64,000 nucleotides of DNA from Longimicrobiales bacterium (lineage in GTDB: Bacteria; Gemmatimonadota; Gemmatimonadetes; Longimicrobiales; Gaopeijiaceae). The position numbers were made by a program, and so were the translations under genes. Under the pieces are notes generated by a model. That model searched no databases. It was not told the DNA's origin and was given only the letters and a program-made list of their open reading frames with translations. Shown piece by piece: positions 19,286 through 29,863 of this stretch. Every line of letters begins with the position of its first letter. Position 1 is the stretch's first letter. The DNA lies in the NCBI GenBank assembly GCA_965226375.1, contig CBDDCX010000006.1, positions 544,001 to 608,000 of the forward strand, in the 5' to 3' direction.

Positions 19286-21676
19286 TCAATCTTGCCCGTA
19301 GAGGAAGCGGTACACGTGCATGTTCCGCGTAATGTTCTTCACGTAGCCACGGGTCTCGTCGAAGGGAATTCGCTCGGTAAATCTCAAGGGATCCTGAGCC
19401 TCCGGAAGCTGCCGCCAACGTCGGGCTCGCGTCGGACCGGCGTTATACGCCGAGAGCGCGAGGGGGAGGTTGCCTGATCCGTATCGACGCTCCATGTCCA
19501 CCCAGAACGTGGTGCCCAGGTGGAGGTTGATCTCGGCCGTCTCCAGGCTTTCGGGGGTGAAGCCCGGTATGCCTTGCCCCCTCGCCAGCTGCCGGCCGGT
19601 CGCCGGCATCACCTGCATCAGACCGATCGCGCCCGCGGGAGACTTGATCGCCGGGGCGAACGCCGATTCCTGCCGGATCAGGGAGGCTAGAAAGAGGGGC
19701 TCGATGCCGGCCTCCACAGCCTCGCGAGTCACGATCTCGCGGTAAGGGAAGGGATAGAGCACGCCAAGGAGTCTCCGGGTGTAAGGATTCCCCTCCCGTA
19801 ACAGCTTCCAGCCCACATTGATCCCGTAGATGGTGAAGCCACGCTCGATCAAGCCGTCGGCCAGGTCCAAACTCGCCGGGACCGAACCGTCCACACGTGC
19901 GATGAGCTGCTGAACCTGAGCCTCTGCGGCATCGTCCAAGTCGGCAGCGGTGAGGAGGTCCAACGTGGTCAGACCCTCTTTCAGCCACTCGGACGGATCG
20001 GAGACCGGCCCGGCGGGCACTTCTGGGTCGAAGGGCTCCTCCAAGCGTTCCGACGCGAGAGCTCCATAGTAGGAGATGGGACTCCCTTCCTGGATCATCT
20101 CCAGGTAGCCCTGGGCCTCGGAGTCCCTGCCCAGCGCTTCGAGGCTTCGGGCGGCCCAGTACGCGGCCTGCTCCCAGCGCTGTCCCTGCGGGAAGTCGCT
20201 CACATAGGTCTGGAAGACGTCTGCCGCCGCTGCGTGGTCGTCTTGCGACAGGTGAATCTGGCCCAGGCGCATCCGCGCGTGACCAGCGGAGTTGAGAGTT
20301 GGCGCCATGGTCATGGCTCTCTCGAACCCGGCAACAGCCTCAGCTCGCGCACCCCGATCCTGAGCAGCGGCGGCCCACGCGAACACAATGTCCACGGCCT
20401 GGCGGCTCTCGGGAAAGCGCTCGATGATCCAGCCCTGGATGGTACGCGAGGCATCCCGCCGCCCCTGCCGCCTACGTGTCCGAAGCCATTGATCGAGGAC
20501 TCGGAGTTCGAATTCGGGATCATCGGTCTCAACGAGGAGTCGAAACTCCCGGACCGCCGCTTCATGTGCTCTCGTCGCCGAGAGGAGACGGGCCATGATC
20601 AAACGCACCGCCGGGTCCGATGCCACCGAATCCGGAAGTAGATCTTCGTATCGCCGGTATGCCGCCAAGGCGCGTCGATCGTCGCGGACGCGATCGAGAG
20701 TCTGGGCAGCCAGGAGCACGAGATCAGCGTCCAGTTCGTTCATGTCGATCAATGCGCTCGCGGCCTGTGCGCCACTGACCCCGCGAGGATACACCGACAG
20801 GGAGGCCACCAGGGCCTCCCGCGCCCCGGCGGAGTCCGGGCGGGCGAGCCTCAAGAGCCCCACCGTGGAGAGGGCCCGCCCACGACGGGATGCTCGGGTC
20901 TCGGCGTCGAGGGTAAGCAGATACGCTCTCAGGGCTCCGCTGGAGTCCCCGGCCACAAGAAAGGTCCGAGCCTCGATGTCCCATGCCGCGTCGGCCGCCG
21001 TCGAGTCCCTCCGGACCCACGGAAGCAATTCCGCGACGTGCGGTGCATCACCGTTGTCCGACAGCCACTCCGCAACATCAAGGGCGGTCCAAGCCACCAG
21101 CTTCGGGGACGCCCTACCGGCCATCTCCAGGGCCTCTTCGACGGAGCCCCAGCGGCCAGCACGTGCTGCAACGCGAGCCTCTCTGGACGCTTCAGGCGCT
21201 AAGACACCGCTGCTCGAGCCCTTGGCCCTGAAACGAGCGAAGCTCTCGGTGGCAGCGTCCCAGCGCCCTGCCGCCTCCAGCCCCCTGGCCAACAACCGTC
21301 GACCCTCGGCACCCTCCAGCTCATCCAGCCAGTCCTCCCCCTCGAGATCTTCCACCACCGCCGACCAGTTCTTCCAGCCGGCATCCGCACGAGCCAGAAG
21401 AAGTATCTCCGAGGGATCCCTACTTTCGCCCGCGTCGGCTCTCGATCGTAACAGGCGACTCGCATGCCAATATCGGCCGGCGTCGAACTCGGCTCTCGCT
21501 GAATCCAGGGCAGGATCGGTTACGGCGAGGACGGGTATGCTGGTCGTGCCGGGCGCGGGCGAATCGCTCCAGGCCTGAGAAGCGGATGTGCCCGCCCAAA
21601 CGAGCGCGAGGACAAAAAGTGTACCGCCGAATCTCACAGTGCTCGAAACCCCACCGAAGCGTACTGAAGAAGCCAA
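19286..21676 (-). CDS. slt: Soluble lytic murein transglycosylase with TPR/helical N-terminal region
   Basis: C-terminal SLT motifs IRQES, GLMQ, AYNAG and IPFDETRGYV. Confidence 0.88.
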   Translation of the reverse strand: MASSVRFGGVSSTVRFGGTLFVLALVWAGTSASQAWSDSPAPGTTSIPVLAVTDPALDSARAEFDAGRYWHASRLLRSRADAGESRDPSEILLLARADAGWKNWSAVVEDLEGEDWLDELEGAEGRRLLARGLEAAGRWDAATESFARFRAKGSSSGVLAPEASREARVAARAGRWGSVEEALEMAGRASPKLVAWTALDVAEWLSDNGDAPHVAELLPWVRRDSTAADAAWDIEARTFLVAGDSSGALRAYLLTLDAETRASRRGRALSTVGLLRLARPDSAGAREALVASLSVYPRGVSGAQAASALIDMNELDADLVLLAAQTLDRVRDDRRALAAYRRYEDLLPDSVASDPAVRLIMARLLSATRAHEAAVREFRLLVETDDPEFELRVLDQWLRTRRRQGRRDASRTIQGWIIERFPESRQAVDIVFAWAAAAQDRGARAEAVAGFERAMTMAPTLNSAGHARMRLGQIHLSQDDHAAAADVFQTYVSDFPQGQRWEQAAYWAARSLEALGRDSEAQGYLEMIQEGSPISYYGALASERLEEPFDPEVPAGPVSDPSEWLKEGLTTLDLLTAADLDDAAEAQVQQLIARVDGSVPASLDLADGLIERGFTIYGINVGWKLLREGNPYTRRLLGVLYPFPYREIVTREAVEAGIEPLFLASLIRQESAFAPAIKSPAGAIGLMQVMPATGRQLARGQGIPGFTPESLETAEINLHLGTTFWVDMERRYGSGNLPLALSAYNAGPTRARRWRQLPEAQDPLRFTERIPFDETRGYVKNITRNMHVYRFLYGQD

Positions 21677-21802
21677 CCGACTCTAGATACTAATATTCCG
21701 CTGCCGAAGTTCGCGGAGACCGTATAGTGACGAGACACCAAGACGGGGCGCAGAGGATCGCGAGCGCCCTACCGGTCGGGCCGAGCACAGCCCGAGTGCA
21801 AC

Positions 21803-21838
21803 AAAAAGAGGGGCCACCCCAGCCGGGCGGCCCCTCTC
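21803..21838 (-). terminator. Intrinsic terminator after the exbB/tolQ-like gene
   Basis: Minus strand reads GAGAGGGGCC...GGCCCCTC-TTTTT. Confidence 0.8.
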
Positions 21839-21860
21839 ACACTCTTGATCCAGCGCCAGA

Positions 21861-22586
21861 CTAGCTACCAGCTCGATCCGCCTCCATGGAGTGGAGCGCA
21901 TCGATCATCTTCTGAGCCGACTCCTCCATGTCGATCACCAAGCCGTCGATCTTCGCCACGAAGTAATTGTGCGAGATGCTCACGGGAATCGCGATCACCA
22001 GGCCCGCCGCCGTGGTGAGCAACGCCACCTTGATTCCTCCGGCCACCAGCGTCGCCTCGACCTCACCAGCCGCCTCGATGGATTGGAACGCGATGATCAT
22101 CCCGATCACCGTCCCGAGGAAGCCTAGAAGCGGGGCTACGTTGGTCAGCGTGGCCAGAACCACGAGTCCCTTCTCGAGCTTGCTGAGCTCGATAAGGCCC
22201 TGATTCTCGATGGCCTTCATCACACGCTCCGTGCCTTCCTCATGCCGATCGAGACCCGCATAGAGGATATTGGCAGCCGGGGCATCGGAATTCCGAGTGG
22301 CTTCAAGAGCCTCCTCGATGCGATGCTGAGCGAGGAGTTCGTCGACCTCACCGAGAACCTTCTTGGTACGGGAGGATTTCATGAAGAGATCGAAGAACTT
22401 CCAGACAATCACGACGGCACCAATTACCACACAGAGGGCCAGCGGCCCACGCATGAAGCCCATGTCTTCCCAATTCTTCGTCGCCTGCTGTGACAGGGTC
22501 AGGACTGGGGCGTCAGTCCCAGGAATCTGCAGCAGGGCACTGTAGACATGCATCATCACACCGGCCAAAAGGACCTCCAGCTTCAA
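21861..22586 (-). CDS. MotA/TolQ/ExbB proton channel family protein
   Basis: APLLGFLGTVIGMIIAF and VAGGIKVALLTTAAGL. The start is uncertain; TTG 22568 has a GGAGG RBS. Confidence 0.92.
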   Translation of the reverse strand: MKLEVLLAGVMMHVYSALLQIPGTDAPVLTLSQQATKNWEDMGFMRGPLALCVVIGAVVIVWKFFDLFMKSSRTKKVLGEVDELLAQHRIEEALEATRNSDAPAANILYAGLDRHEEGTERVMKAIENQGLIELSKLEKGLVVLATLTNVAPLLGFLGTVIGMIIAFQSIEAAGEVEATLVAGGIKVALLTTAAGLVIAIPVSISHNYFVAKIDGLVIDMEESAQKMIDALHSMEADRAGS

Positions 22587-23137
22587 ATGTTTTTTAGCTC
22601 ACGTCTCGGCCCGGAAAGCGGGAGGCTGAGACATCCTGGTTTTTTCAAGGAGTCCGAATTGTGGAGTGGGCCGACAACCCTGTCAACCCCACCTCCCTGA
22701 CAACCTCCTACGGCATCACGCCTTTGATACAAGCCGCATAGTGACCCGTCGCCTTTTCCTCCAACGGGGGAACCACCCGACTACACATTTCGTCCTTCCC
22801 CGGATGGGGACAACGGGGGTGGAAGGGACATCCCGACGGGGGATCCATCGGGCTCGGTACGTCTCCCGGAAGCACTATACGCTCACGGGCCCGTGTGGCT
22901 TTCGGATCGGGTCGCGGGACGGCTGAGAGGAGCGCTCTCGTGTAGGGATGTTGAGGATCCGCATACACATCTTCAGCCGCACCCGACTCGACGATCTTGC
23001 CCAAGTACATGACCGCGACCCGATCACTCACGTACTCTACCACGGCCAGGTCATGCGCAATGAAGAGGTTTTAGCGCCCCCGATTTCTCTGGACAGTAGA
23101 TTGGCAAAGACAGCGGGTCCAGAGAGAAAGGGACGTG

Positions 23138-23497
23138 ATGGCCCAGAAGCCGAGGGAGAACAAGGCGACCGCAGGTCGTGAGAAGGTACCCGAGCGGTGG
23201 AGTGCCCAGCAGAAAACGGAGGTGGTGCTGCGCCTGCTACGGGGTGAGGACCTGGTGGAGGTCAGCCGCGAGGTACAGGTCTCACCGCCGGAGCTGGAGG
23301 AATGGCGGCGGGTGTTCCTGGAGACCGGTCAGCAGGGACTGAGACGCCGGGGCCGAGACCCTGGAGAACGGGAGCTGACCCGGACCCGGGCGAAGCTGGG
23401 AGAGTTGACGATGCGACTGGAGCTTGCGAGAGAACTCCTGGAAAAAAGGGGGTACGGGGACGAGCTGGAGAAGCTCTTGAAGCGCGGACGCGGGTGA
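23138..23497 (+). CDS. IS3-family transposase OrfA (HTH)
   Basis: RWSAQQKTEVVLRLLRGE...ELEEWR HTH followed by a leucine-zipper-like tail. A6G slippery site near 23442. Confidence 0.85.
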   Translation: MAQKPRENKATAGREKVPERWSAQQKTEVVLRLLRGEDLVEVSREVQVSPPELEEWRRVFLETGQQGLRRRGRDPGERELTRTRAKLGELTMRLELARELLEKRGYGDELEKLLKRGRG

Positions 23498-24380
23498 GTC
23501 CGGGGACAGGGCGGCTCTACCCTCTGACGATGATCTGCGAGGTCTGGCGGGTGGGGCGCTCGACGGTCTACGCGGCCCGAGATCGAGAAGAGAGCGACGG
23601 GCCGGCAGGGCTGAAGAAGCGCGGACCGAAGACGAAGCTGAGCGACGAGGAGTTGGTGGAGGAGATCCGACAGGTGCTGAAGGAGAGCGACTTCCTGGGC
23701 GAAGGCCACCGGAAGGTCCGGGCCCGTCTGAGAGCCAAGGGGATCGGTGTGGGCAAGAACCGCGTGCTGCGGCTGATGCGGGAGAATGGGCTGCTGGCCC
23801 CCGTACGGCGCGGAAAGCACCCGCGTGGGGACCGGAGCCACAGCGGCCGGATCACGCGACGGATGTGCCGAACGAGCTGTGGGGTACGGACGCGACGCGG
23901 TTCTACACGAAGGAGGATGGGTGGTGCTGGTTCTTCGTGGCGGTGGATCACTGCATCACAGACGTGGTGGGCTGGCACGTGGCGAAGAAGGGCGATCGGT
24001 GGGCAGCGCTCGAGCCGATCCGCCAGGGTGTACGAACCCACATGGACGGCTACGCGCCCAAGATCGCTCTGGGGCTCGGCCTACGGCACGACTGGGGCCC
24101 TCAGTACACCGCCCATCAGTTCCAAGGAGAGCTGGCCTGGCTCGGGATCCGCTCGACGGCCTCGTACGTAGGAGAGCCGGAGTGCAACGGCGTCGCGGAA
24201 CGCTTCATGCGGACGCTGAAGGAAGAGTGCCTGTACCTCCACGACTTCGAGAGCCTCGAGGAGGCCAGGCAGGAGATCGATGCGTTCATCGAACGCTACA
24301 ACCGCGGGTGGCTCCTGGAGCGGCACGGGTATCGGACCCCGGCCCAGGTCCGTCAGGAGCTCACCCTGAAGGCGGCATGA
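23494..24380 (+). pseudogene. IS3-family transposase OrfB (DDE), frameshifted
   Basis: HTH_21-like GHRKVRARL...NRVLRLMRENGL is in one frame. The integrase core PNELWGTD...DWG..Y...ERFMRTLKEE is in another. An apparent extra CG sits at about 23855-23860. Confidence 0.85.
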
Positions 24381-25093
24381 TTAGGCCGCCGACTTGTCCA
24401 GGAAACCGGAACCGGTACAGAGGTACGTGAGGCCAAACTCTTTCTGGAGATTTTGCAGAAGATTGATCACCTGTGCCTGAACCGACACGTCCAGCGCAGA
24501 TACGGGTTCATCACACACGATGAAATCGGGCTCGACCGACAGAGCACGTGCAATGCCGATCCTCTGTCTCTGACCTCCGCTGAACTCGTGGGGATAGAGG
24601 TCGGCGTGCTCGGCTCGCAATCCGACGATCTCCAACAACTCACTGACCCGCCGTGTGCGGGCAGATCCGGCTTCGGCAAGGCGGTGGACCTTGAGCACCT
24701 CCTCGAGCATAGAGCCGATGGTCATACGAGGGTTCAGTGAGCTGAACGGGTCCTGGAAGACGATCTGCGCCCGCCTACGAAGGGCGCGCAGCCGTTCTCT
24801 GTCCAAAGCACGGACGTCCTCTCCGTCAAAGACCACCTGGCCCGAGGTCGGCTCGATGAGCCGAAGAATCGCCCGGCCGGCCGTCGACTTTCCACAGCCC
24901 GACTCACCGACGAGGCCCAACGTCTCCCCACGGCGAATCTGAAAACTCACGCCGTCCACGGCCCTCACCTGTCCTACCGTCCGTCCCAAGACACCGCGAT
25001 GCACCGGAAAGTGCTTGACCAGGTCCCGGACCTCGAGGAGGATGTCGCCCGATTTACCTTTCCCAGAACCCGCCGTCATCGTGCCCGCCGCCA

Positions 25094-26128
25094 TCAGGGG
25101 CCCCCGTGGGGATCATCGGGCCCGTCCGAGTCTCGGGATCCCGAGTGGGATTCGGGCTCCTCCATGAGCCAGCAGCGTGCCGACCGCCCCGGCGCCCCTC
25201 CTGCCGCCAGCAGTCCCGGCATCTCACTCTGGCAACGCTCCCATGCAACCGGACAACGCTCAAGAAAGCGGCAGGCAGGTGGCCAATTGACCGGGCTGGG
25301 AACCGTACCCGGAATCGGGTCGATCCGACGTCCTCGAGAGCCGAGCTCGGGCAGGGAGGCGAGGAGGCCCTGTGTGTAAGGGTGCCGGGGCTGCTCGAAG
25401 ATTTCCTCGACCGTGCCGGTCTCGACAACCTGCCCCGCGTACATGACCACAACTCGATCGCACACCTCCGCCACCACACCCAGGTCGTGGGTGATGAGAA
25501 GCATGGCCATCCCGTGGGTCCGCCGGAGAGCCGCAAGTATGTCGAGGATCTGCGCCTGGATTGTGACGTCCAAGGCGGTGGTGGGCTCGTCTGCAATCAA
25601 CAGCATCGGCTCACACGACAGGGCCATCGCGATCATGACCCGCTGTCGCATCCCTCCGGAAAGCTGATGGGGATACTCGTCGAAACGCTGTTCGGGCTCG
25701 GGAATCCGTACCTCACCTAGTAACCTGACACTCTCCGTCCGGGCCTCCCGCTTGGTCAGTCCGCGGTGCACCCGCAGAGCCTCGGCAATCTGGCTCCCCA
25801 CCGAGAAGACCGGATTCAGCGAGGTCATGGGTTCCTGGAAAATCATGGCGATGTCGTTGCCGCGGATCTCCCTGAGTCGCCGGTTCGATGCACCCACCAA
25901 CTCCTCGCCACCGAACCGGATCGAGCTCCCCGGAAGGATCTCGCCCGGTGGATCGGGAATCAGGCCCATGATCGAGAGAGACGTGACCGTCTTACCGCAC
26001 CCGGACTCGCCTACGATGCCCACCGTCTCCCCCTCCTCCACATGGAAGGAAATGCGGTCTACCGCCCGTGCGACACCTGCGTCGGTACTGAAGTAGGTGC
26101 ACAAGTCGCGGACCTCGAGGAGCGGCAT
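25094..26128 (-). CDS. oppD: Oligopeptide ABC ATPase (OppD/DppD-like)
   Basis: [36 protein letters not shown] and C-terminal CRF..RC. Confidence 0.93.
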   Translation of the reverse strand: MPLLEVRDLCTYFSTDAGVARAVDRISFHVEEGETVGIVGESGCGKTVTSLSIMGLIPDPPGEILPGSSIRFGGEELVGASNRRLREIRGNDIAMIFQEPMTSLNPVFSVGSQIAEALRVHRGLTKREARTESVRLLGEVRIPEPEQRFDEYPHQLSGGMRQRVMIAMALSCEPMLLIADEPTTALDVTIQAQILDILAALRRTHGMAMLLITHDLGVVAEVCDRVVVMYAGQVVETGTVEEIFEQPRHPYTQGLLASLPELGSRGRRIDPIPGTVPSPVNWPPACRFLERCPVAWERCQSEMPGLLAAGGAPGRSARCWLMEEPESHSGSRDSDGPDDPHGGP

Positions 26129-26153
26129 CAGGCGGTCCTCACTTCTATAGGCG

Positions 26154-27302
26154 TCATGACCTCAACCTGGGGTCTAACGCGTCTCTCAGGCCATCTCCGA
26201 CCAGGTTGAACGCCACCACCGTGAAAACGATGGCGAGGCCCGGGAAGGTGGAGATCCACCAAGCGCCGAGCAGGTTGTCACGGCCGGCGGCCACCATCGA
26301 GCCCCACGAGGGGGTGGGCGGCTGGATCCCAATACCCAGAAAGGAAAGTCCGGCCTCGAGGATGATCACGTTACCTATGCCCAGAGTCGCGGCCACGATT
26401 ACGGGCGCCATGGTGTTGGGGATCACATGACGAAGGATGATGCGCGTCCGCGTGAAGCCTAAGGCGTGAGCCGCCTGAATGAATTCGCACTCCCGCAAGC
26501 TGAGCACTTCCCCCCGCACCAAGCGGGTGGTCCCGGGCCACTGTGTGAACCCGAGGACGGCAATGATCAAGAGGATGGAGGATTGATTGAAGAGGGCGAT
26601 GATCACGATGAGAAGCACGAGAGGCGGAAACGAGATGACCATGTCGACAAAGCGCATGACAACCGCGTCGACCTTTCCTCCCAGAAAGCCCGAGATCGCG
26701 CCCAGCAGTGTCCCGATGGTCACGCTGATCCCCACGGCTACGAACCCGATGGATAGGGAGATCCGCGCCCCGTAAAGGATGCGTGAGAACACATCGCGGG
26801 CCAGACCGTCCGTGCCGAGGGGAAAACCACCACCGGGGGCCAGCATCCTCTGAGTGGTCAGCGAGTTCTGGACCGTCGGATCGTGGGGAGAGATCAGGGG
26901 AGTAATCAGAGCTGTGAGGTATAGGCATGTAAGGATGATCAAGCCGACGACCGCAATCCGGTTCCGCCTGAAGGCCCGCACGGCCATGCTCCAGTGGCTG
27001 ACCCCTTCCTTACTCACGGATTCGGAGCGCGTCACGTCGCTCATCGACCACGCCCAGGCGACGAGAAGTCCGGCCACCACGGTCAGCGCCGCGAGGCGAT
27101 GATCCCCTGGACCTGCCCAAGCGGCTCGGAACCGGCCCGCCCGTGTCGCGAGCACACCCATGAAGCCGATCCACACCAGGAGGCTCATGGTTCCGACTCC
27201 CCAACGGCCAGCTAGAAGTTGGGGAAGTCCGGGCAACACCGCCGAGAGCGGCGCTCCTCCACGGCCTGGGCGCGGCGGACGGTTTACCGCGGGATCAGTC
27301 AT
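26154..27302 (-). CDS. oppC: Oligopeptide ABC permease (OppC-like) with extra N-terminal TM segments
   Basis: [33 protein letters not shown]...[19 protein letters not shown]. Confidence 0.92.
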   Translation of the reverse strand: MTDPAVNRPPRPGRGGAPLSAVLPGLPQLLAGRWGVGTMSLLVWIGFMGVLATRAGRFRAAWAGPGDHRLAALTVVAGLLVAWAWSMSDVTRSESVSKEGVSHWSMAVRAFRRNRIAVVGLIILTCLYLTALITPLISPHDPTVQNSLTTQRMLAPGGGFPLGTDGLARDVFSRILYGARISLSIGFVAVGISVTIGTLLGAISGFLGGKVDAVVMRFVDMVISFPPLVLLIVIIALFNQSSILLIIAVLGFTQWPGTTRLVRGEVLSLRECEFIQAAHALGFTRTRIILRHVIPNTMAPVIVAATLGIGNVIILEAGLSFLGIGIQPPTPSWGSMVAAGRDNLLGAWWISTFPGLAIVFTVVAFNLVGDGLRDALDPRLRS

Positions 27303-27781
27303 ACCGGATCCTCGGGTCCACCACGGCATAGAGCAGATCCGCGATCAGGTTACCGATCACGACCATATTGCCGAAGATGAGGCTCCCGCCCATGATCACC
27401 GGATAGTCCCGCTGTGAGATGCCGTCGACGATCAGCTTGCCCATCCCCGGCCAGGCAAAGACCCACTCGATGAACACAGTCCCACTGAAGAGAAAGGGAA
27501 GGTAGAGCCCAAGCAGCGTGATGACCGGAATGAGCCCGTTGCGCAGTGCGTGCTTCATGACGACCACCGGCTCGGAGAGCCCCTTGGCGCGAGCCGTCCG
27601 AACGAAGTCCTGGCGGATCACCTCCAACATGCTGCCGCGAGTGAATCGCGCAATTCCGGCCGCCAGCACCAGGGACAGCGAAGTGGCCGGAAGCGCCAGG
27701 TGCATGAACCTGTCCTGCACCTTCTGCAGTGGAGACATGAACGGGTATTGGGCCAATGGGGTATTGCCTTAAGTCCACCGC

Positions 27782-27797
27782 CCACTACATGTTGTGG
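27782..27797. promoter_or_regulatory. NrdR-box-like palindrome in the left IR, just before the transposase ATG (also at 28912-28927 and 29846-29861)
   Basis: CCACTACATGTTGTGG compared with the NrdR consensus acaCwAtATaTwGtgt. Confidence 0.5.
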
Positions 27798-27799
27798 TC

Positions 27800-28780
27800 A
27801 TGGCGGTTCCGGCTTCTCAGCTCCGTGGCGGCGTGGACTATCCCCGTACGCGGCTGGAGTTGGACGAGTTCTTCCCCGACGATGCGGCATGCCTGGAGTA
27901 CGTGGAGGGTCTGCGCTGGCCGGAAGGGTTTGTGTGCGTGGGCTGTGGCGGGTTGGGAGAGGTCTGGCGAGCATCGCGGGGGCGTCTCGTCTGCCCACAC
28001 TGTCGAAGGCAGACCTCGGTGCTGGCGGGAACCGTGTTCCACCGCACGCGCTCGCCCCTGCGTCTGTGGTTTCTCGCTGCCTGGGAGCTCACGAGCCAGA
28101 AATACGGAGCCAATGCTCTCGGGCTCCAGCGCGTGCTCGGACTGGGAAGCTACAAGACAGCGTGGGTCTGGCTCCACAAGCTCCGCCGGGCCATGGTCCG
28201 ACCGGATCGCGACCAGCTGAGCGGCGTTGTGCAAGTGGACGAGAGCTATGTCGGGGGCGTGGAGGCTGGAGTGCGGGGCCGCGAGACGATCAAGAAGGCC
28301 ATCGTCGCGATCGCCGCCGAGGTCGACGGACGCAAGATCGGGAGAATACGGCTGCGTTGGGTGCCCGACCTCTCCGCTCCGGTTCTGCGAGGCTTCGTCA
28401 AGGATAGCATCGCACCGGCAAGCACGGTGCATACCGACGGATGGCCAAGCTATCAGGGACTCGCCAAACTGGGCTTTCGCCACACGGTCACGAACCTCTC
28501 GACCTCCGGCGATCCCGCTCACGTGCTCATGTCGGCCGTACATCGGGTGGCGTCTCTCCTCAAGCGCTGGGTCCTCGGAACCCTCCAAGGAGGGATCGCC
28601 CGCGAACACCTCCCCTACTATCTGGACGAGTTCACCTTTCGCTTCAACCGACGCACATCCCGGGCTCGCGGCCTGTTGTTCTACCGCTTGCTTGAGCAGG
28701 CTGTTCAGTGTGCTCCCACGCCAGCTTCGGCCCTTTACCTCGGCACCGGACGTGGGAAACGGCCCGCAGAGCCCCGGTAA
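27800..28780 (+). CDS. IS1595-family transposase (ISSod11-like group)
   Basis: Zn ribbon ([12 protein letters not shown]...CPHC), HTH (LGSYKTAW..LHKLRRAM), VDESYVGG, HTDG, VHRVASLLKRW and YLDEFTFRFNRR. Confidence 0.93.
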   Translation: MAVPASQLRGGVDYPRTRLELDEFFPDDAACLEYVEGLRWPEGFVCVGCGGLGEVWRASRGRLVCPHCRRQTSVLAGTVFHRTRSPLRLWFLAAWELTSQKYGANALGLQRVLGLGSYKTAWVWLHKLRRAMVRPDRDQLSGVVQVDESYVGGVEAGVRGRETIKKAIVAIAAEVDGRKIGRIRLRWVPDLSAPVLRGFVKDSIAPASTVHTDGWPSYQGLAKLGFRHTVTNLSTSGDPAHVLMSAVHRVASLLKRWVLGTLQGGIAREHLPYYLDEFTFRFNRRTSRARGLLFYRLLEQAVQCAPTPASALYLGTGRGKRPAEPR

Positions 28781-28799
28781 CCACTATATCTTGGGGTCG

Positions 28800-28895
28800 G
28801 TGTCTTCTGATGTCGTTGGGATGGAGAAGGGCTCCGGGATCGTTGTGTGCCCGTACAATGAGGCTTGGCCGCTCGAGTTCGAGCGAGTTCGTATT
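28800..28895 (+). pseudogene. 5' fragment of a GrpB/UPF0157-like gene
   Basis: Reads from GTG as VSSDVVGMEKGSGIVVCPYNEAWPLEFERVR. The vvpY..WP..FE pattern resembles the GrpB N-terminus. Confidence 0.55.
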
Positions 28896-29175
28896 GCCTT
28901 AAGTCCACCGCCCACTACATGTTGTGGTCATGGCGGTTCCGGCTTCTCAGCTCCGTGGCGGCGTGGACTATCCCCGTACGCGGCTGGAGACTGGACGAGT
29001 TCTTCCCCGACGATGCGGCATGCCTGGAGTACGTGGAGGGTCTGCGCTGGCCGGAAGGGTTTGTGTGCGTGGGCTGTGGCGGGTTGGGAGAGGTCTGGCG
29101 AGCATCGCGGGGGCGTCTCGTCTGCCCACACTGTCGAAGGCAGACCTCGGTGCTGGCGGGAACGGCGTGTTCCAC
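28891..29175 (+). mobile_element. Partial IS1595 copy (left end plus 5' part of transposase, with two small indels)
   Basis: Repeats 27761-28042, but has GAGACTGG in place of GAGTTGG and an extra GG at 29164-29165. Confidence 0.9.
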
Positions 29176-29819
29176 GTCATCGGGCCACCGTAGATCGTGC
29201 TGACCGGGTGCAGGCGGAACTCGAAGTCGGTCACGACACCGAAGTTGCCGCCGCCGCCGCGAAGCGCCCAGAAGAGGTCGGCGTTGTCGTCTTCGCTCGC
29301 GTGCACGAGCTCGCCGTTCCCGGTCACGACGTCCGCGGAGATGAGATTGTCGATCGAGAGCCCGTGCCCGCGCGTGAGGTACCCGATGCCGCCGCCGAGG
29401 GTGAGGCCGCCGATGCCGGTGGTTGACACGACGCCGCCCACGGTCGCTAGACCGAATGCGTGGGTCGCGTGGTCGAGGTCGCCCCATAGGCAGCCGCCTT
29501 GGGCGCGGGCGGACTTATTGCGCGGATCGACGCGCGTCCCCCGCATCGACGACAGATCGAGGACCACGCCGCCATCGTTCGTTCCGAACCCGGGCACGCT
29601 GTGCGAGCCACCTCGGATCGACAGGTCCGCGCCCGTCTCCCCGGCGAAACGCACTACAGATATGACGTCCGCCTGATCCGAAGTACGGACGATCGCCTTC
29701 GGGCGCTTGTCGATCATCCCGTTGTAGACCCTGCGCGCCTCTTCGTAACGGTCGTCGTTTTCGGTGATGACCTCTCCGCGCACCTGCTCGCTCAGACTCT
29801 CGATCGTCGCTTTGCTCAT
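29176..29819 (-). pseudogene. 5' half of an FAD-linked oxidoreductase (FAD_binding_4/BBE-type)
   Basis: MSKAT...[47 protein letters not shown]. It breaks after IYGGPM into IS sequence. Confidence 0.88.
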
Positions 29820-29863
29820 ATGGGGTATTGCCTTAAGTCCACCGCCCACTACATGTTGTGGTC

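Larger units (their letters stand above)
23070..24419 (+). mobile_element. IS3-family insertion sequence, 1350 bp, probably inactive
   Basis: GAGGT direct repeat at 23065-23069 and 24420-24424. Imperfect IRs TTTAGCGCCCCCGATTTCTCTGGACA and TGTACCGGTTCCGGTTTCCTGGACA. orfA/orfB layout. Confidence 0.9.
22708..25094 (-). pseudogene. oppF: Oligopeptide ABC ATPase (OppF/DppF-like) split by an IS3 element
   Basis: N-terminal part 24420-25094 ([20 protein letters not shown]...GLTYL) and C-terminal part 22708-23069 ([15 protein letters not shown]...CPFHPRC). Removing the IS and one TSD restores LTYLFIAHDL in frame. Confidence 0.93.
27757..28802 (+). mobile_element. IS1595-family element, copy 1 (right IR truncated)
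   Basis: Matches copy 2 at an offset of 2064 bp. It ends at ...GGGGTCGGTG and lacks the terminal GACTTAAGGGAATACCCC. Confidence 0.9.

Noticed and set aside
22603..22633. Hairpin between oppF and the exbB-like gene as a riboswitch
   Set aside because: It is a single imperfect stem with no recognisable aptamer motifs.
28968..29849. 293-aa ORF as an intact oxidoreductase
   Set aside because: Both ends read through IS sequence. Only 29176-29819 is oxidase-like and the C-terminal half is missing.
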